Assembly (NCBI GenBank): GCA_000503875.1
Contig: CP006913.1
Location: 1,145,761 to 1,177,760, forward strand
Direction: 5' to 3'
Length of the DNA: 32,000 nucleotides
Source: Candidatus Saccharimonadota bacterium
Lineage (GTDB): Bacteria > Patescibacteriota > Gracilibacteria > Absconditabacterales > Absconditicoccaceae
In this document: piece after piece, positions 29,674 to 32,000 of the stretch
Layout of the letters: the number at the start of each line of letters is the position of its first letter
How positions within the stretch are numbered: the stretch's first letter is position 1
The notes under the pieces: generated by a model
The model's database searches: none
What the model was told of the DNA's origin: nothing
Seen by the model: the letters and a program-made list of their open reading frames with translations, nothing else
Made by a program: the position numbers and the translations under genes

Positions 29674-31362
29674 ATGAAGATCAATAAAAAGTGGATATTT
29701 TTGGGACTCTTCCTTATTTCCTTATTTTTGGTGTTTTTTGTAGGAAGAACAACCGATCCTCTCACAGGAAAAAGACAATTATCTATTACTACAAATTGAG
29801 TAAAGTATTTTAGAAAATGATTGGATGTGTCTGGAGGAACAAGATTAGTATATAAAATTGGATATGAAAAATATGAACAATTATATACAAGTTCTGCTGA
29901 ACTTAATGCTGTTAAAAAAACGATCGAAGAGATTATTCTCAAAAATATAGATCAAAGAATTTCTAAACTTGGAGTAAGTGATTACAAAGCTTATGTTCAA
30001 AAACTTGACGAACAAAATTATATTGCTGTAGAAATTTGAGGTATTGCTGATCTTGATCAAGCAAAAGAAATTATTGGAAAAACATTGGAACTTGAATTCA
30101 AATTGGAAAATAAAGAACCAGTAACAGCCACATCATTAGCTTCTAGAAAAGCTATTGCTCAAAAATTACTTACTGAAAGTAAAGCAAATCCAGAGCTTAT
30201 GGCAAAGGCTGTAGAATGAAGAGCTTCTGATAATATTTTTGTAGGATTTTATTCTGGAACACTTGACCAACTTCCTGATATTTACAAAAACAATAAAAAT
30301 AGATTGATAAATATGAAAAATAATGAATTTTCTTCAATCATAGATGGTCTCTATACAAGAGTAAATACTCAAGATGCGCTCTGAAATCAAACAGGTGTTG
30401 ATCTTAAAGGATATACTTTCTTCCAATTATTGGATAAAGGAACGGCTATGCTTTCTGGTAAAGAAGAAACTGTTTATCAAATTTTGGATATCTTTGTACA
30501 AGACAAAGTAAATTGGGTACAGGCTGTTGATAATAATGGTAATGTTCTTAATGGTGCTTATTTTAGATTTGCAAATACGAGTACTTCTCAAATTGGAGAA
30601 CCAGTTGTTGCCATTAACTTTGATGAAAAGGGAAAAGAAATTTTTTGTAACTTAACAGAAAAAAATATAGGAAGTCCTATGGCAATTTTTATTGGAGGAA
30701 ACCTTCTTACTTCACCAGTTATTCAAACAAAGATATGTTGAGGAACAGCACAAATTGATGGTTCATTTACTGTTGATTCTGCAAAAGAATTAGCAACATC
30801 ACTAAATGATTGAGCAATGCCTGCACCACTTATATTGATGCAAGAAGAAAAAATAAATCCTAGTCTAGGAACAAATGCACTTACAGGTTCATTAATTGCT
30901 GGATTGATTGGATTTATAGCTATCGCCATATTGATTTTCTTCATGTATGGATTCAAAAAAATGATTCTTACTTCAATAGTATTGATTGTTTTCTTGGCTA
31001 TATTAGCTGGATTTATGAAACTTACTGATTATGCGTTATCCCTCAGTGGAATAGCTGCTATTATATTAGCAATCGGTATGTGAGTAGATGCAAATATCTT
31101 GATTTATGAAAGACTTAGAGAAGAATTAAAATCAGGAAAATCTATGGAATGATCAATTGATTCCGCAAAAGAAAGAAGTCGATCAGCAATTAGAGACGGT
31201 CAATTGAGTACATGATTGATTGCATTACTATTGTTTACTATGGGAACAAATATGTTTAAAGGATTCTGATTTATGATGTTGGTAACGTTGGTTCTCACGT
31301 TGTTAGTTAATGTTCCTTTGACAAAAGAATTACTTCATATGTTTTATGATAGAAAGAAATAA
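29674..31362 (+). CDS. secD: protein translocase subunit SecD (562 aa)
   Basis: ATG 29674 starts the gene. Track ORFs 29821.., 30430.. and 30817.. are all in frame 1 and are joined by about 11 TGA. Motifs are LDVSGGTRLVY, RISKLGVSDY..VQKLDEQNYIAVEIGG and AIGMGVDANILIYERLREEL. It ends at TAA 31360-31362. Confidence 0.88.
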
Positions 31363-31388
31363 TACATTTTAAATTATAAATTAATGTA

Positions 31389-31946
31389 ATGGGCACAAAA
31401 CTAGATGTATCTGAAATAAAAAAAGGAAGTATTTTAGAAATAGATGGGGATCTTTTTAGAACAATTGATGTTTCGTTTATGCAATGCCAACAAAGACAAG
31501 GTTCTTATACACTCAAAGTGAAAAATCTTGTAACAGGAGGTGTGCAAAGCAAACCATTTAAATCATGAACTGTTTTGGATAAGGCTGATGTTATTACAAA
31601 GAACGCTGTATATCTCTATAATTCTGGAGATAGTTATTCATTTATGGAAAATGATAGCGGAGAAATGCATGATTTGAGCAAGGATTCTCTCGAAGATGTA
31701 GTACTTTACCTCAAAGAAAATATGGATTTATTTTTGATGGTGTATAAGGGCAATGTCCTCAATGTTATCCTTCCTGCTACGGTAACGTACAAAATCAAAT
31801 CAACCGTTCCTGGAGTAAAAGGAGATAGAGCTCAAGCTGGTAAAAAACCAGCTACTCTAGAAACTGGCCTAGAACTAATGGTTCCATTACATAAAAATGA
31901 AGGAGATGAAGTTACTGTAAATACAGAAACAGGAGAAACTGTATAA
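31389..31946 (+). CDS. efp: elongation factor P (185 aa)
   Basis: ATG 31389 (MGTKLDVSEIKKGSILEIDGDLFRTIDVSF...) reads through one TGA (31566-31568) into track ORF 31575..31946. The C-terminal VPGVKGDRAQAGKKPATLETG motif is typical of EF-P. Confidence 0.85.
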
Positions 31947-31971
31947 ATCAATCTTCACTAATTATAGAAAA

Positions 31972-31996
31972 AGCGCCCAATATCGGGCGCTTTTTT
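31972..31996 (+). terminator. rho-independent terminator after efp
   Basis: AGCGCCC-AATATC-GGGCGCT hairpin (31972-31991) followed by a T-run. Confidence 0.8.
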
Positions 31997-32000
31997 GTTA

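Noticed and set aside
29674-31946. secD followed by efp, with no adjacent secF
   Set aside because: secF may be elsewhere in the genome. Absence from a 32-kb window says nothing about absence from the genome.
1-32000. TGA = Trp (code 4, Mollicutes-like) as the explanation for the in-frame TGA
   Set aside because: TGA falls on invariant Gly positions (CxxCxGxG, Walker A, SAGRVQS, G/F tract, GY repeats). TGG is used separately for Trp, for example in the WxxW motif and in LWKEL of DnaJ.
1-32000. rRNA, tRNA, tmRNA or riboswitch candidates
   Set aside because: Scanning by eye found no T-arm-like GTTCGAATC-type motifs outside coding sequence and no long non-coding gaps. The largest gaps are about 100-240 bp and look like promoter or terminator regions. 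A covariance-model scan would be needed to be sure.

Overview
This is an AT-rich bacterial chromosome segment that reads UGA as glycine (translation table 25), as in Gracilibacteria and Absconditabacteria of the CPR. The standard-code ORF track breaks almost every conserved gene at TGA. Re-joining the same-frame pieces gives about 30 intact genes, all ending in TAA or TAG. Recognisable genes are a TrmB-like regulator, an EgtD-like methyltransferase, a Cas4/RecB-like PD-(D/E)XK nuclease, YceD/DUF177, tilS, dnaJ, an archaeal-type cmk-like kinase, topA, an APH/ChoK-like kinase, a VanW-like protein, a DKNYY protein, tyrS, a thioredoxin-like lipoprotein, secD and efp, plus hypothetical and membrane proteins. 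The main finding is a tight 4.9-kb minus-strand operon (9814-14641) encoding a Bacteroidota-style trio: a SprB-repeat protein with a T9SS type-B C-terminal sorting domain, a PorP/SprF outer-membrane protein, and a PD40 beta-propeller protein. It has no in-frame TGA in 1,598 codons, has its own terminator, and is bracketed by a 10-bp direct repeat. This points to recent horizontal acquisition from a code-11 Bacteroidota donor or to an assembly chimera. Other findings: a secreted Cys-rich tandem-repeat protein with a mucin-type WxxW domain; a 1-nt frame disruption 12 codons into topA; a roughly 48-nt intergenic element present twice around three TGA-free small genes; degenerate catalytic motifs in TyrRS, EF-P and DnaJ; and very uneven TGA density between genes. 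I recognised no rRNA, tRNA, CRISPR array, integrase or transposase. All coordinates and translations were worked out by hand, so small errors are possible.
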